A DNA stretch of 64,000 nt, taken from the NCBI GenBank assembly GCA_013239625.1, contig MU053513.1, positions 3,274,927-3,338,926 of the forward strand, written 5' to 3'. The notes beneath the pieces were generated by a model that did no database searches, was not told where the DNA came from, and worked only from the letters and a program-made list of their open reading frames with translations. Origin of the DNA: Lama guanicoe (Eukaryota). Shown piece after piece: positions 24,901 through 37,853 of this stretch (positions are counted from its first letter, which is position 1; every line of letters starts with the position of its first letter). A program made the position numbers and the translations under genes.

Positions 24901-27900
24901 GTAAGTTCAAAAATAACTGATGTACAGGTAGGAATAACAGAGGACATTGTTAACACTATTGGGAAGGAGCGGGTATCTCAGAAGGCTCTCTAAAAGAAGT
25001 GATGTCTTAAATTGATTTCTAAAAGATGAAAGGAGTTTTCCCTGTCTTTCCCTTGAAGAAATGTAATCTAGGCAGGGAGAGGCTGACTAAAGCCAAGAGA
25101 GACATAAATATGTTGTATCCAGTGACTACAGGCAATTCAGCAATTGCTAGAGAGTGAGATGGAAATCAGGTAGCAGTGAGAGATAAAGCCTAGTAGAAGT
25201 GAAACTCTGAAGGACTTTGTAGCTTATACTAAGAAATCTGAAATTTACACCATGGGTGATGTCCAGTCAGAGAAGGTCAAACCTGTAGTATGAGAAGATT
25301 CATCAGCTCCCATTTGAAGATGAGACTATGGGGAGGGAGGCTGCAGGTAGAGGCAGGGAGACCAGTTAGCAGGCTGCTCAAACACTCCAGGTACAATAAA
25401 GCTCCAGAATTTCTGTATAGGAGGGGTTGAGGGGAGCAATCTGATTGAAAAAAAGGAGGTGGTTAGAGGAGTTCTTGAAGCTGAATTTGCATAGCATGCC
25501 CACTGTGCTAGGATTATATGCATATTTATAATAGTTTTGGGGGAAGAACTAGCTTTTCTCCACCACCATTCCCTCCAACCCCTAGCCATCCTTTGATATC
25601 AGAACTGTCCAGGTAAATTATAGTGAGGACTTAAACTAAAACAATAGCAATGGGGGAAAGAAAAGATATTACTAAATAGAATAGCCAGAAATTGTAGGTG
25701 ATTAGAAGTAGAAAATGAAAGAAAGAGAGAAGAGTTAATCTTCAGACTTCTACATTTTGAGACTGACTGATGACTGTATTAGTTTCATTCTGCTGTTGTC
25801 ACAAAGTGCCACAACCTTAGTGACTTAAAAAAACATAAATTTATTTTTTATAGTTCTGAAGGTCAGAAGTCCAAAATGAGGCTATAAGGGCTGAAATCAA
25901 GATGCCACAGGGCTGGTTCCTTCTGGAGGCTCTAGGAGAAAATGTATTTCCTTATCTTTGCCAGCTTCTAGAGGCTGCCTGCATTCCTTGTCTCATGGTC
26001 TTTTCCTCATCTTCAGAGCCAACACTGTAGTGGGGGAAGGTATAGTTCAAGTGGTAGAACTCAAGTGGTAGAGCACATGCCTAGCATGCAAGAGGCCCTG
26101 GGTTCAATCCTCAGTACCTCCATCAAAAAAATAAAAATCCCAACCCCTCTCCTCCCCACCCAAAAAACTAAACTAATTTAAAAAAAAGCCAACACTGTAG
26201 TCATATCTTCAAATAGTAATATCTACAAATCGCCTTCACTGGCTCTGCTACTATCCTCCTTTGACATTTCTTATAAGGTCTCTTGTGATTTTATTGGGCC
26301 CATCTGGATAATCTCCCCTCTCAAGATCCTTATCCTAATTACATCTGCAAAATCCCTTTTGCCATATTGAGAGGCCATTATTCAGTCTACCACAATGGAT
26401 GCCACAAACCTATCAAATTTATTCCAAGAGACCTACAAAGTCAGCTTTGGACATATGAGTTCTCATAGCCTAAGAGATATCCAAGTAGAGATGTGCAGTA
26501 GAAGGCTAGATATGTAATATCATCCTTGACATCTCTTTTTTACATTCCATATCTTAATAGGGATATCTGTTTTGTTTACCTTCAAACAATACACAAAACT
26601 TGATCATCTCCACTATTATCAACCTATCCCAAGCTAAGAGATTTCCCTCCTCCTATCCCATAACAAATTCTCAACAAAGGTGAGATCATGCTGCTTTTTC
26701 ACTCAGAATCTCCAGTGACTCTTCCATTCCATTTAGAGTAAAGGATGAAGTTCTCACAGAGATCTACAAGGCTTTATATGATATGATATCCCATTAACTC
26801 TGTCCTCATCTCCTACCATTTCTCACCCTTTTCACTTTCAGCCACACTGGCTTCCTTGCTCTTCCTTCACCACCTCAGGTACCATCTCCTGCCTTACAGT
26901 CCTTAAATATCCAAATGGCTAACCTCTTCATCTCCTTCTTCTTTACCTAAATGCTACCTTTCAGTATTGAGCTCTCCTATCAATCTATTTAAAACTGGAA
27001 AATGCCAATAGTCCAGGATCAGAGAGTTTCACAGGTGAACTCTACCAAACATTCAAAAAAGACTTAATCTTTCTCAAACTATCCAAAAACTTGAAGAGGA
27101 AGGACTGTTCCCAAACTCACTCCATGAGGCTAGCATTACCCTGATACCAAAAGCAGATAAAAGCACTACCAAAAAAAAAAAGAAGAAGAAGAAGAAGAAA
27201 GAAAGAAAATTACATGCCAATATCCCTGATGAACATAGATGCAAAAGTTCTCAACAAAATATTAAAAAACCAAATTCAACAATACATTAGAAGGATAACA
27301 CATCATGATTAATTTATTCCAGGGATGCAAGAATGGTTCAGTCTCTGTAAATTAATCAAGCTGATACACCACATTAACAAAACAAAGAATAAAACCATAT
27401 AATCATTTCAATAGAGGCAGAAAAAGCATTTGACAAAATTTAATGCCAATTTACGATATAAACACTCAACAAAGTGGTTATAAAGGAACACACCCAAACA
27501 TATTAAAGGCTATATACAACAAGCCCACTGCTAACATATTATTAATTGGTGAAAACCTGAAAGCTTTTCTTCTAAGGTCAGAAGAATAGATCACAAGTTA
27601 AAGATACTCACTTTCACCCCTTTTATTCAACCTTGAAGTCCTAACCACAGCAATCAGACAAGAAAAAGGGATAAAGGCATTCAACTTAGAAAGGAAAAAT
27701 TAAAACTTTCATTATTTGCAGATGACATGATACCATATAGAGAAAACCCTAAAGACTCCATCAAAAAACTGTTTAGATAGCCTCTTCAATAAATGGTGTT
27801 AGGAAAATTGGACAGCTACACGCATGCAAGAGAATCAAACTGGATCACTTTTTCACACTATATATAAAAATAAACTCAAAATGTATTAAAGACTTGAATG

Positions 27901-30900
27901 TAAGGCCTGACGGGAACCATAAAACTTCTAGAAGAAAACATAGGCCATATGCTCTTTTACATAAACAGTATTAGCAATATTTTTTTGGATATGTCTCTTT
28001 AGGCAAGGACAACAAAAGTAAAAATAAACAAATGGGACTACATCAAACTAAATAACTTTTGGATAGCAAAGCAAACCATTAACAAAATGGAATGGCAACC
28101 TATTGAGTGGAAGAAGATATGTGCAAACAATATAACTGACCAGTGGTTAATATCCAAAACATGTAAAGAACTCACACAACTCAATATTGTAAAAGTCCAA
28201 TTATAAAAGGGGCAGATGACCTGAATAGACATTTCTCCAAGGAAGACAGATAGATGGTACACAGATATGTGGAAGAAAATGCTCAATATTACTGATCATC
28301 AGAGAAATGCAAATCAAAACCACAATGAGACCTCCCACCTGTCAAAATGCCTATTATCAAAAAGACAACAAATAAGTGTTTGTGAAGATGTAGAGAAAAG
28401 GGAACCCTTGTGCATTGTTGGTGGGGATGCAAACTGGAACAGTCCCTATGGAAAATAGTATGGAGGTTCCTCAAAAAATTTAAAATAGAACTACCATATG
28501 ATCCAGCAATTCTACTTCTGGGTATTTTACTGAAGAAAATGAAAATACTAATTCAAAAAGATACATACACCCCTATGTTCATTGCAGCATTATTTACAAT
28601 AGCAAGTATATGGAAGCAACCTAAGTGTCCATCAGCAGATGAATGGATAAAGAAGTAGTGCATGTGTATATATACATATATACAATGGATTATTATTCAG
28701 CCATAAAAAAGAACAAAATCTTACCATCTGTGACAACATGGACAGACTTAGAGGGTATTATGCCAAATGAAATAAGTCAGACAGATAAGACAAATACTGT
28801 ATGATTTCACTTATATGTGGAATCTAAAAAATAAAACAAATGAACTAACAAAAACAACAGAAACATACCCATAGATACAGACAGCAAACTGTTGGCTTCG
28901 GGGCAGGGATATTGAGGAACTGAGAGAAATAGGTGAAGAGGACTAAGAGGTACAAACTCTTAGTTATAAAATAAGTAAGTCATGAGAATATAATGTACAG
29001 CATAAGGAATACAGTCAATAATATTGTAATAACTTTGAATGGTGATAGATGTTAATTGTAATCAATTCATAATGTATATAAATATCAAACCACTATGTTG
29101 TACACTTGAAACCAATATAAAATATTGCATGTCAACTACACTTTTTTAAAATAATTTAATTAAATTAAGTTGAAAAACGACCTCACTTCACCTCCCAGCC
29201 CTTCCATACTTCTTATCCTGCCCTTTTTCTTTTTCCCACAGTACTTATCAAACTTTCTAACACATTATAAAATCTACTTGTTTGCTATGTTCATTCTGTA
29301 TTGTCTGTTACCCCTCACTACTATATCAGCAAGAAGGCTGGCAACTTTGTTTTGTTCACTCATATATCCTGAGTACACAAAACAGTGCCTGGCATGTAGC
29401 ATATATTCAATAAATATTTGTTGAATAAATTAAAAGACAGTAGTTAAAATTATGGTCATAGATGAAATTTTCTGACAAAAATTAGTCACATGAAAGCTTG
29501 TTAAAAGACTACATCTACTTTACTTAGATGTTGAGGGCAGAGGAAGAGAAACCAGTGAAAGAGACTTGAGAATGAATAGTCAAAGAGATAGATGCATAAC
29601 CTGAAGAGAATGGTTCCACAGGGACATGGGAAAACATCTCAAAAAAAAACTTGTGTCAAGTATCAGAGATAAAATTATTATGAATAAACATCTATTAAAT
29701 TTGGCAGCTAGAAACTAAAAGAAAAACAGTAGGAAAAATTAGAAATAATTATTATAGCTACAAAACTGAATCATTCTCTGCATGTCTATATGGAAATATT
29801 ATGCCCATTTCATAAATGTGTATGACAGGCTTTCAAAAACAGAGGGTTCGGTTCATTAACCTCACATTTAAAAACTGATTCTTGCTTTGCTTGCCTCATT
29901 CCATCCATATAAGTACTGTTATAATTAACTGTCGGTACAGATTAAGCCAATTTTGGCTTACAGTAACGTGCTCTTTAAACATGAGGATTACTCAAATGTC
30001 ATTTGGGTACAGATCAGACTTTTAAATCTCATTTTAAACCTATTGGAGTTTTAGTTACGTTTTCAACATTTTGGGTCCAAAATATCTTCTAAAGGTAATG
30101 TCAACCTTAATATCTTAAAATCAACTAATAGCTCTAAATCTTCACAAGGGCCACTTGGAATATTTTTTGTCTCCCAAGTCCTCTGATTTCCCATACTTAT
30201 AAGACTCTTAAGTCAAATATCTTCTTAAGAGTTAGCAAGATGAATAAATTAGATTGCTTTTAAAAAATTTAAATGATTGTGCTTCACTAAAAATCTTATT
30301 AGACCCAAGAGCTACAGAATAAATTTAAAATTAATATTTTTTTCAGGATAATAGTAAAAAAAAATCAATTAGCAAATATTTGAGTATCTACTATGGGCCA
30401 AGCATTGTTCTAGGTATTTAGGGATATAATAGTGGACTAAACAGACAAAAAGTATTGCCCCATAGAGCTTAAAACTTTATTGTTTATCTTGCCCACCCAT
30501 TTGTTTTGAAGATAAGAAAATGAAAGATTAGAGACATTAAGCAAGTTGTCCAAAACGGTAAGGGCTTAATGGAGCTATGTACAATGTGCCATGTGGAGTA
30601 AGGAAAAGGTCAAGCAATCAAACAAAACTTTGCACAAGAGTTTATTAGACAGGGTCTTATACAATGAGCAAGACTTGTCCCAGAACTGAAAACAGAGGGG
30701 AAGAACATACACAAGTCAAAGAAATGTAAAAGAGTTGAATGTAGTGGTGGTTTGGGAAAGTAAATACCAATAATCAGGAGAGGGAATACAGAAGTAGTTT
30801 AGGAGTTCAGTTTTGGATATACGTTGGAAGTATCTGTGGAGAAGATGAGATAGATGTCCAGGACAATATTGATCTGGAGATGATTCTATGACTGTGTGTG

Positions 30901-33900
30901 CGTGTGTGTGTGTGGGTATGTGTGTGTATTTTATACAGAATTAAAATGATATATATAGTACTACTGACAGAGTGATGACAAAACCCCACTTCTTAATTTC
31001 TAAAATGCTGTTCTGCACTACACCACACAATTTATTTCTTAATCACAAAATCTTAGCATTTCAGAGCTCAGTGAAGCTTTGGAGATAAACTATTTGGTCT
31101 AGTAATTTTCAAACTGTACGTTTTAGAACTCCTGACAAAGGAATCACCACAGGGGAGGTCTCTAGGACCCCCAAATACACTTCAACCAGAGAACTTATCC
31201 AATACAAACCATTCATTTTAATAGCTAGTTCATGCATAACAATACTCCAGTGTTGGTTTTGGTTCATGTTTGTAAATGAAACATTCTTTCCAATCCTTTT
31301 ATTGGCAAACACCTACTAATCCTTCAAGTCCTAGTTCCAGGATAATTTACAGGCAATGACTATTCCAGAGAGAGTCAGGTGCCCCTTCTCATTGCTTCTA
31401 TAGTACCCCAAGCGTCTTTTCTATCATAGCAATTATCACCTTGTACTGTATTTGTTGAACTACCTGTCTGTTTCCCTTACTAGACTATAATAAGCATCTT
31501 GAGATCAAGGACTGTATCTTTCATATATCTCTGCATATCTAGTACTCAGGACACTCTGGACAAGCGAGTGTTAAATAAATGACTGAATGAATGAGCAAAT
31601 GAATAAACACATAAATGCATGAGAAAACTGAGACTCAAAAGATGCTGACTTATCCAACGTCACACAGCTAGTTAGGAAAACCAGAACCTAGAACCCTTAA
31701 ATCTCCAATGTTTTTAGCATCATATCATGTTGCTTCCCATATTAATTATTGAAATCTTAAAGTTCTTTTTGAATAATGCTTTCCCTGTTCTGCCTAATTG
31801 TCCAAAACTAATATGTATAGTTTATATGCTGTCCTGAAGGATATGTTAGTATTTTATTAGACAAATCAAGAGAATTCCAGAGACAAGGACCACAAATAAA
31901 GTTCCCCTTCTTTAGTCCCAAAAGCCATGTTTACTTAGCTAAATTAAGACTAGATAATTAATACAAAATCCCCTGTGAGTGGTTCTACCATGTTCTACCT
32001 ACATATAGTGACCAATTCAATAGCAAACATAAATGTCTGTTAAATGAAACAGTTACAAGAGCTATATGCAATTAGAAAAAATAAAATTTTCTGTCATAAG
32101 GGAAGAGAAATCTTCAAGTCCAGCCATCAGATAGCACTCCAGGAAAAACAAGATTTCAGAGAACTCTCAAAACTCTACTGAAGAAGGAAAATTGAATTCT
32201 GTCCTTGAAGGACCTGATATGGCTCTCATCATAACTTACATTTCTTAAACCTAAAAATACCAATTCTAATTTTATTAAAGTGAAAAACATAGAACTAAGG
32301 TAGTTGCACTTACTCCTTTTTAGTCTAATCTTCAAACTCAATCCAACCTCAAGTCTGATACATGATTAAGAACAACAAAAACAAAGAAAGATATATCAAA
32401 AGGGTTATATAATTCTGTTCTATTAATAAAGTGAAATTTAAAAGTCTGTTCGCCTTTTCCATTTTAGATTTTCCAGAACTACATCAGTTTTATAATACTA
32501 GTTCTAATCACTATGGATTTCTTAGAGAAACAGAATTGCTATTACTAAAAGTAAACACTTTCCACACTCTATAAATCTTTTTTGGTCTGTTTTTACAAGT
32601 GTAAAGGGGGGTTAAATGTGCAGTAAGAGTTTTCTTATTATTTAATCTTCAGGTAGGCTTAGATTCAGAGTGGAAAACTCTTTTTAAGACATATAATATA
32701 TAAAAGTAAAGTTATATTAAAATTATTTAAGATATTTACTATTTAAGGTAATACTGTTTTCCCATTACTGTTAAGACAAAGTGCTTACCACATTCTTTAA
32801 CTCTGTATTCAGTGCGGTTTTGTTTGTTTGATTCACAGAACTTTCACACCAGTATACTGTCCAAGCCCACTGAGTGGCATCACACCTCTACTCTACGTAG
32901 CTCAGACAAGACAATCCAATATCTTAAAAATCCTCCTGCAATATGGAATCTTAGAAAGAGAAAAAAACCCTATCAACATTGTGTTAACAATACTGCTCTA
33001 CCCTTCAAGAGTGAGAATAATGGTTGATCACGAATTGGTAGACATCCAGGAAGATGCCAAAACATGTTTAGTGCTGTGTTCCAGAGTGCTTTCCGTCATT
33101 TCAATCAGGGAAATAGAGGTAAGCAAAATATTGTACTTTGGATTTGGGTGCAAATATTGATCAATTTTAAGGTAAAATTGCAAGGCAAGAATAAAGTTAA
33201 TTTTTAATTCTACAGATTTAGTCAAAATTAATCACTGAGTATACACTTGTAAATTTAAAATAGGCAAAATTCAAATCATATTGAATATTAGTTCTTTATT
33301 TCATAATTTGTCTTCTAAATATGAGAGAATTTTTAAGTTAAATGTATAGTTATTTTAGTAGTTATTAAGTAGATATATGTTATTATAACATTCTAATTAC
33401 ATAATAACCTGTTTATTAGGATATCTGTCTCTTAAAAATACAACAAATTAAAAATGTAACAGATCTCTTTTCCAATAGAATGTTTTAAAGTGAGAGTTAC
33501 ATTTCTCCCTACAAATACAATCACATATGCAAAAATACACTTTTCTTTTCAAAATTCCTGAACAATTTTAAGCATGAAAATATAAATAAAAGCTAAAAAT
33601 GTTTGTCCAGTTGAAAATTATCCCTCAGAAATGTGGAGAACTTCTCCTTGATAAAGTTTAGAGGAAAAAAATCAACTATCTGGAGAACATGTTCACCCTG
33701 TCAAAATGAACTGCAAGTTTCAGCAACAAATTGTATCATGTCTACTAGTAGCAAGAGGTAAGACATATTAAAGGGGTAGCTTTCTTTGTCTTTTCTTAAA
33801 GACAAACCCCTATAAATTTAAACCAGTCAAATTACCTAGGAATCTAGCAGTTTCCCTTATCTTGAAAGGTGGGACTTCAGAAATAAACTCCCAAGAAATA

Positions 33901-35382
33901 TAACTTTGCTGAGTTTTTTTTTTTTAAGCCTCAACAATGCATATTAATCAGCCATGCCTGGGCCAACTGTCAGGGGTGCAAATTGATCAGATTATTTTAG
34001 CAACCAATTTGTAAAACAAACAAACAAAAAATTTAATTTTTGCATCTTCAGTAATTTGCTTGTCTTTGTCCAGTGTCAGTCCTGCATAATTATTATAGGA
34101 CATATTGATTCTCGACCAGCAACATGAATGCTGTTCCTGAGGTACACTCAAAACAGAAAACTGCTATAGAGGAAGTTAATAAAAATCACCTGCCTGAGTG
34201 GCAAAGACATTAAAGCTGGATTCCAATCAGGTGCAGTTTAATAAGTGAAGTAGCACTGAGCAAGAAGGTAGAAGATGGCATAAAAACCAGCTTAAAAAAC
34301 ACTTTAAGTGGCCCTGCTTTGCATTTCTACATTTTCTAGCAGTTTTATTGTAAATATATATTTAGATATCTTTACTTCTATCTGCTCTGTGAGCACAGAG
34401 ATGATGTATTTTGCATACCCTAGCAATTATCCCAAGCACCGAGCTCAGTGCTGAGTTTATACAAGATATTCTTTAAACAACCATTTATTGAATAATGAAA
34501 AACTGTGTTATCATTTAAGTTAAAGTGTCATTTTGTCTGTAGAGCACAGGTTCTACTAGAGAAGCATCTCTATAAAACAGCAATGTCTTTTACTTCTAAG
34601 TCAGCCTAATAATTTTGGCTTCTAGAGTTAAATCTTTAAAAGGGTCCTTTAACTAAAACTTAAAAAGTTATCTTCATATGGTTGGGCCTCCTGTCTGGTC
34701 TTCTCGTCATTCAGCACTACAAAGCTGTACTCTACAATGGTTGGAATCACCTGGGGCAACTTTCAGGATTTATGTTGTCTGTCCCCAGTCCCAGCCTAAC
34801 TGGAGCAGAACCTCAACATTGGTATTTTCTAAACTACACTCGATAATTCCAGTGAATGGTCAGATTGGCAACACTACTCTAAAAGGAGAAGCTGATAAAA
34901 ACATAAGTGTATGACCTGTCTAAAATTAAAAACATATACAGATTCATAGTTGTAAGAAATAATGTTCTGTGTCCTCAGATATATTATATAAACTTCATAT
35001 ATAATTTTGAGAATAAAATACTTGCCTCAGGTGAAAATGCTTTAGAAAAAATATTTGTAAGGATTATATAAATTTAAGACAATTTTAGGAATCTAAATAA
35101 AATTTTTAAATGTTAATAATTTGGACTAATACAATAATTAATACTACAAAATTAAAATATTTTCCTTTTCTTTAGACACAACTAAGTTTAGGAAGACGTC
35201 CAATTATTTCAAACTGGTTGGACTACATTCCTCCAACAAGATACAAAGATCCATGTGAACTATTACATCTTTGCAGAATAACCATCAGGGCTCAACTATT
35301 GACCAACAATATGCTCCCAAATGGAATATTTTCCCTTCTAATTCCTGTTCGTCTGCAGAACTACCTGAACTTAGAAAGCTAA
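21560..35382 (+). CDS. ASB17: Ankyrin repeat and SOCS box-containing protein 17, complete spliced CDS join(21560..21957,32839..33118,35176..35382), 885 nt, 294 aa
   Basis: Spliced translation [10 protein letters not shown]...[28 protein letters not shown]...[16 protein letters not shown]...[16 protein letters not shown]...[15 protein letters not shown] matches mammalian ASB17 as I recall it. GT-AG introns; 398+280+207=885 nt with no internal stop; adjacent to MSH4 as in the human locus. Confidence 0.97.
23500..24340 (+). mobile_element. L2 LINE fragments in ASB17 intron 1
   Basis: ctcccaaatcttaatttccagccctgacccctcctgtgacctccagactcc...atctcaaatttaacagaaacaaaacagaa; L2 3' end gtaagctccatgaaaagaggaactttgactg...cagtgcctagaac. 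Confidence 0.75.
25775..26394 (-). mobile_element. MLT1 (ERVL-MaLR) solo LTR interrupted by a SINE
   Basis: tgtattagtttc...aaatttatttt...ttctgaaggtcagaagtccaaaat...ccttctggaggctctagg...acatctgcaaaatcccttttgccat...ttattcagtctaccaca. Confidence 0.85.
26032..26186 (+). mobile_element. tRNA-derived SINE (Vic-1-like, camelid) with perfect 15-bp TSD
   Basis: GGGGGAAGGTATAGTTCAAGTGGTAGA (A box)...GGTTCAATCC (B box)...TCAGTACCTCCAT plus A-rich tail; AGCCAACACTGTAGT at 26017-26031 and 26187-26201. Confidence 0.88.
26997..29168 (+). mobile_element. 5'-truncated L1 of about 2.2 kb (ORF2 RT to 3'UTR) with internal deletion, inserted into an L2
   Basis: Decayed ORF2 with FADD codons at 27715-27726; CWWGCKL...[22 protein letters not shown]...[11 protein letters not shown]...[15 protein letters not shown] (ORF 28410..28658); 3'UTR to about 29168; L2 sequence on both flanks. 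Confidence 0.92.
30892..30927. repeat. Imperfect (TG)n microsatellite
   Basis: tgtgtgtgcgtgtgtgtgtgtgggtatgtgtgtgt read directly. Confidence 0.85.
31300..31720. mobile_element. L2 3' end followed by a MIR fragment
   Basis: ctagactataataagcatcttgagatcaaggactgtatctt...aaataaatgactgaatgaatga (L2 tail), then gagaaaactgagactcaaaa...ccaacgtcacacagctagttagg (MIR, minus). Confidence 0.7.
32839..33118 (+). CDS. ASB17: ASB17 coding exon 2 (280 nt, ankyrin-repeat region [24 protein letters not shown])
   Basis: Acceptor ttgattcacag|A (AG 32837-32838) completes the AG+A Arg codon; donor GAG|GTAAGC with GT at 33119-33120. Confidence 0.96.
35176..35382 (+). CDS. ASB17: ASB17 coding exon 3 (207 nt, SOCS box, stop TAA 35380-35382)
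   Basis: Polypyrimidine tract and acceptor tttccttttctttag|ACA. Translates [68 protein letters not shown]. Not in the ORF track. Confidence 0.96.
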   Translation, partial: TQLSLGRRPIISNWLDYIPPTRYKDPCELLHLCRITIRAQLLTNNMLPNGIFSLLIPVRLQNYLNLES

Positions 35383-35439
35383 TGGACATCTTTTTCCTGC
35401 GTTCTTTAAGGATGCTAACCATTATATGGCTTAGCAGTT

Positions 35440-35445
35440 AATAAA
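35440..35445 (+). terminator. Candidate proximal polyadenylation signal (AATAAA) of ASB17
   Basis: First canonical AATAAA, 57 nt after the stop codon. A second lies at 35786-35791 followed by GT-rich sequence. Usage cannot be determined from sequence. Confidence 0.45.
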
Positions 35446-36029
35446 CTATTAACTTCACACAAACATTTATTGCTTTGAACATTCCATTAGAAAATATATT
35501 TTCACATGACACCCTAACTGAATCACTTTTAAATCAACATATGGCTTTACACATACTCTTTTCTACAATGGAACAAATTATATGCATTTTTAAAATATTT
35601 TAGATTTATACTTTTATTCTGTTCTTAAAAGTTGTTTTTGACCTTACAGTATTCTTTTTACTTGTGGAAAATTTGGTCATATTAATGTTCTGAGCTCTGA
35701 AGCTCTCGTTAGAATTTCTAAGTTAAGTAAATATTATTTTATCTTTTGTATTCATAGTAACAAGTATTTATTGAGTTATTTGGCAAATAAAACACTGTGT
35801 TTGGTAGTGGGGAATAATTAATGAAATTAAGATGTGATCCCTTCCTTCAAAGAATAATTTACAGTTCTGTAGCAGCCATGGTCGCAAACAATACAAGGTG
35901 AAGAATTAGTCAACTAAAATACTGGGAGCAGGATGATAGAAATGGATTATATTTGAAAATAACTAGCCTTAAGTTACAACATGGAGCTTGGATGTTTTGA
36001 TATGTGATACCTTTAAATACTAGTCCAAT

Positions 36030-36340
36030 GGTATTTTTAAGTGAGATATAATTGCATACATTACATTACTTTCAAGTATGTAACATAATGATTCAACAAA
36101 TATATATACTGCAAAATGATCACTATAATAATCTAGTTAACATCCATCATCACACATAGTTACAAATTTTCTGCTTGTGGTGAGAACTCAAGATCTACAT
36201 TCTTAGCAACTTTCAAATATATAATACGGCATTATTAACTATAGCCACAATGCTGTACATTACATCCTCAGAACTTATTTATTAAATAACTGAAAGTTTG
36301 TCCTCTTTGACCACCTTCACCCATTCTGCCCACTCCCAAA
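36030..36340 (-). mobile_element. L1 3'UTR fragment (L1MA-like)
   Basis: gagatataattg...tctagttaacatccatcatcacacatagttac...tcttagcaactttcaaatatataatac...tttgaccaccttcacccatt is a reverse-strand L1 3' end. Confidence 0.8.
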
Positions 36341-36559
36341 TTATATGCATTTTAATACAAAGAAATGAACAATTTTGACCCAGTATTGCATCAAAATGGA
36401 AACATTATCAGTTAAATCTGCATGTTCATTGGTTACAAAGAAACTTATCTTTAAAAAATTAGAATGTATTCTACTATAGTTTTTTAGCTCTTTTCTTTTT
36501 GAATATCTATAGTACTAGATTTTTCTCTATATAACTATGTGGTCATTGCGACACAAAGA

Positions 36560-37048
36560 TGAGAACTGGGAGATAATTCTCCATGGGTCTCCCATGTTTT
36601 CACCTGTCTTATGAGAAGAGGCACTGACTGCCTTACTCTTTACTATCTTTTTAAAGATGTTTGTATAGTGAGCAGCCTTAGACAGATAGCGGCTCCCTCT
36701 GAGCAGGGGGCATGTTTGCTCAATATCTAATATAATAAAGGCAATGTCTCCCTCTGGGGAAATGGCCAAGCAGGTTTGCTTGAAGCTCATTATAAAAGAT
36801 TGGAATTTCCCAGGCTTGGGGTTCCTCAGCTGTACCACCAATCCACTGTGTGCTCATCTCCATGTCGTAGATGGTAGCAGTATGTGGAACCAACACAAAC
36901 AGTGCTGCATACTGTGCCATTAGTAATAAATTCCTTTATTTCTAACCCAGTCTTTAGTCTTCGGACAGCAGACATGAAATTCTACCTGCAAACTGCTGGT
37001 TTGCAAGCAAGGTAAAAAAAAATCTTAGTCACTTCAGAGTTCTTGACA
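36560..37048 (+). mobile_element. ERVL-class solo LTR (MER76-like by recall)
   Basis: gggagataattctccatgggtctc...gaggcactgactgcc; TATA cattataaaag near 36790; AATAAA 36925-36930; ends ...gttcttgaca. Confidence 0.7.
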
Positions 37049-37853
37049 ATAAGAATCTGTTTCCCACATCACTGCTTTTAGATCCATTTTAGCAGATTAT
37101 GGCAGTATACATTCCCACTGTCTACGTGCAATCTGGGGACTATGAAAACTTTGACAATTCATAAGAAAAGGATATTCATTTTGGCCCTACAGTAAGATAA
37201 AAACAATTGTATGATTTAAGTTTCTAAAGTACAGAATGTAAAACAGCAAAGTAACAATATAACTAGATCACTTGCTTTTCCTTTCCTTCCACTTTCATTC
37301 CCTTACACGTATTATAGGATTGAACTATAGAAGTGCTTGCTTATTACACTTAGTTATACTATATTTAATTATGATTGAGCATATTTTAAGCTCATAAATG
37401 TATATAGGAAGTTCACACAACACAAAGTATATTGATATTTAAATATTTTACCAGTAGCATATAAGATAGTTTATTTTGGCTGAAAATATGTGCTAATATG
37501 AAGAAAGTAAAAGAAAATTTACCCTTAATCTAATTTATAAAGAAACACTCATAGATTACTGACCCAGATTAAGTGATTCTTCTGGGAAAATATTTTAGCA
37601 AATCTTTTTACATTTATTCTCTAATTTCCATCCTTTTCTTCCATCCTCTTCTTCTTACTTCAACTCTAAGAGAGCTTAATGAATTTGATCTAGTTATTAC
37701 TTTTATTGAATATAGTGTATACCTATGCTAGAGAGTGGGCAATAAGCAGCATCTAAATTTCTGGAACTTTTCTACTGGAATTCCTATTACTTCCATATTT
37801 CTCAACATGGTTGATGGTATCACAAGCTACAATCATATTTAACTCTTCCCTCC

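Noticed and set aside
28038..28658. Cluster of overlapping ORFs on both strands (also 16440-16907)
   Set aside because: Frameshifted pieces and antisense shadows of L1 ORF2/3'UTR, not host genes.
33119..33160. ORF-track extensions beyond splice sites (e.g. [13 protein letters not shown] after ASB17 exon 2, and the flanks of MSH4 exon ORFs)
   Set aside because: Intronic read-through of the frame past canonical GT/AG sites; similarity to the known proteins stops at the junctions.
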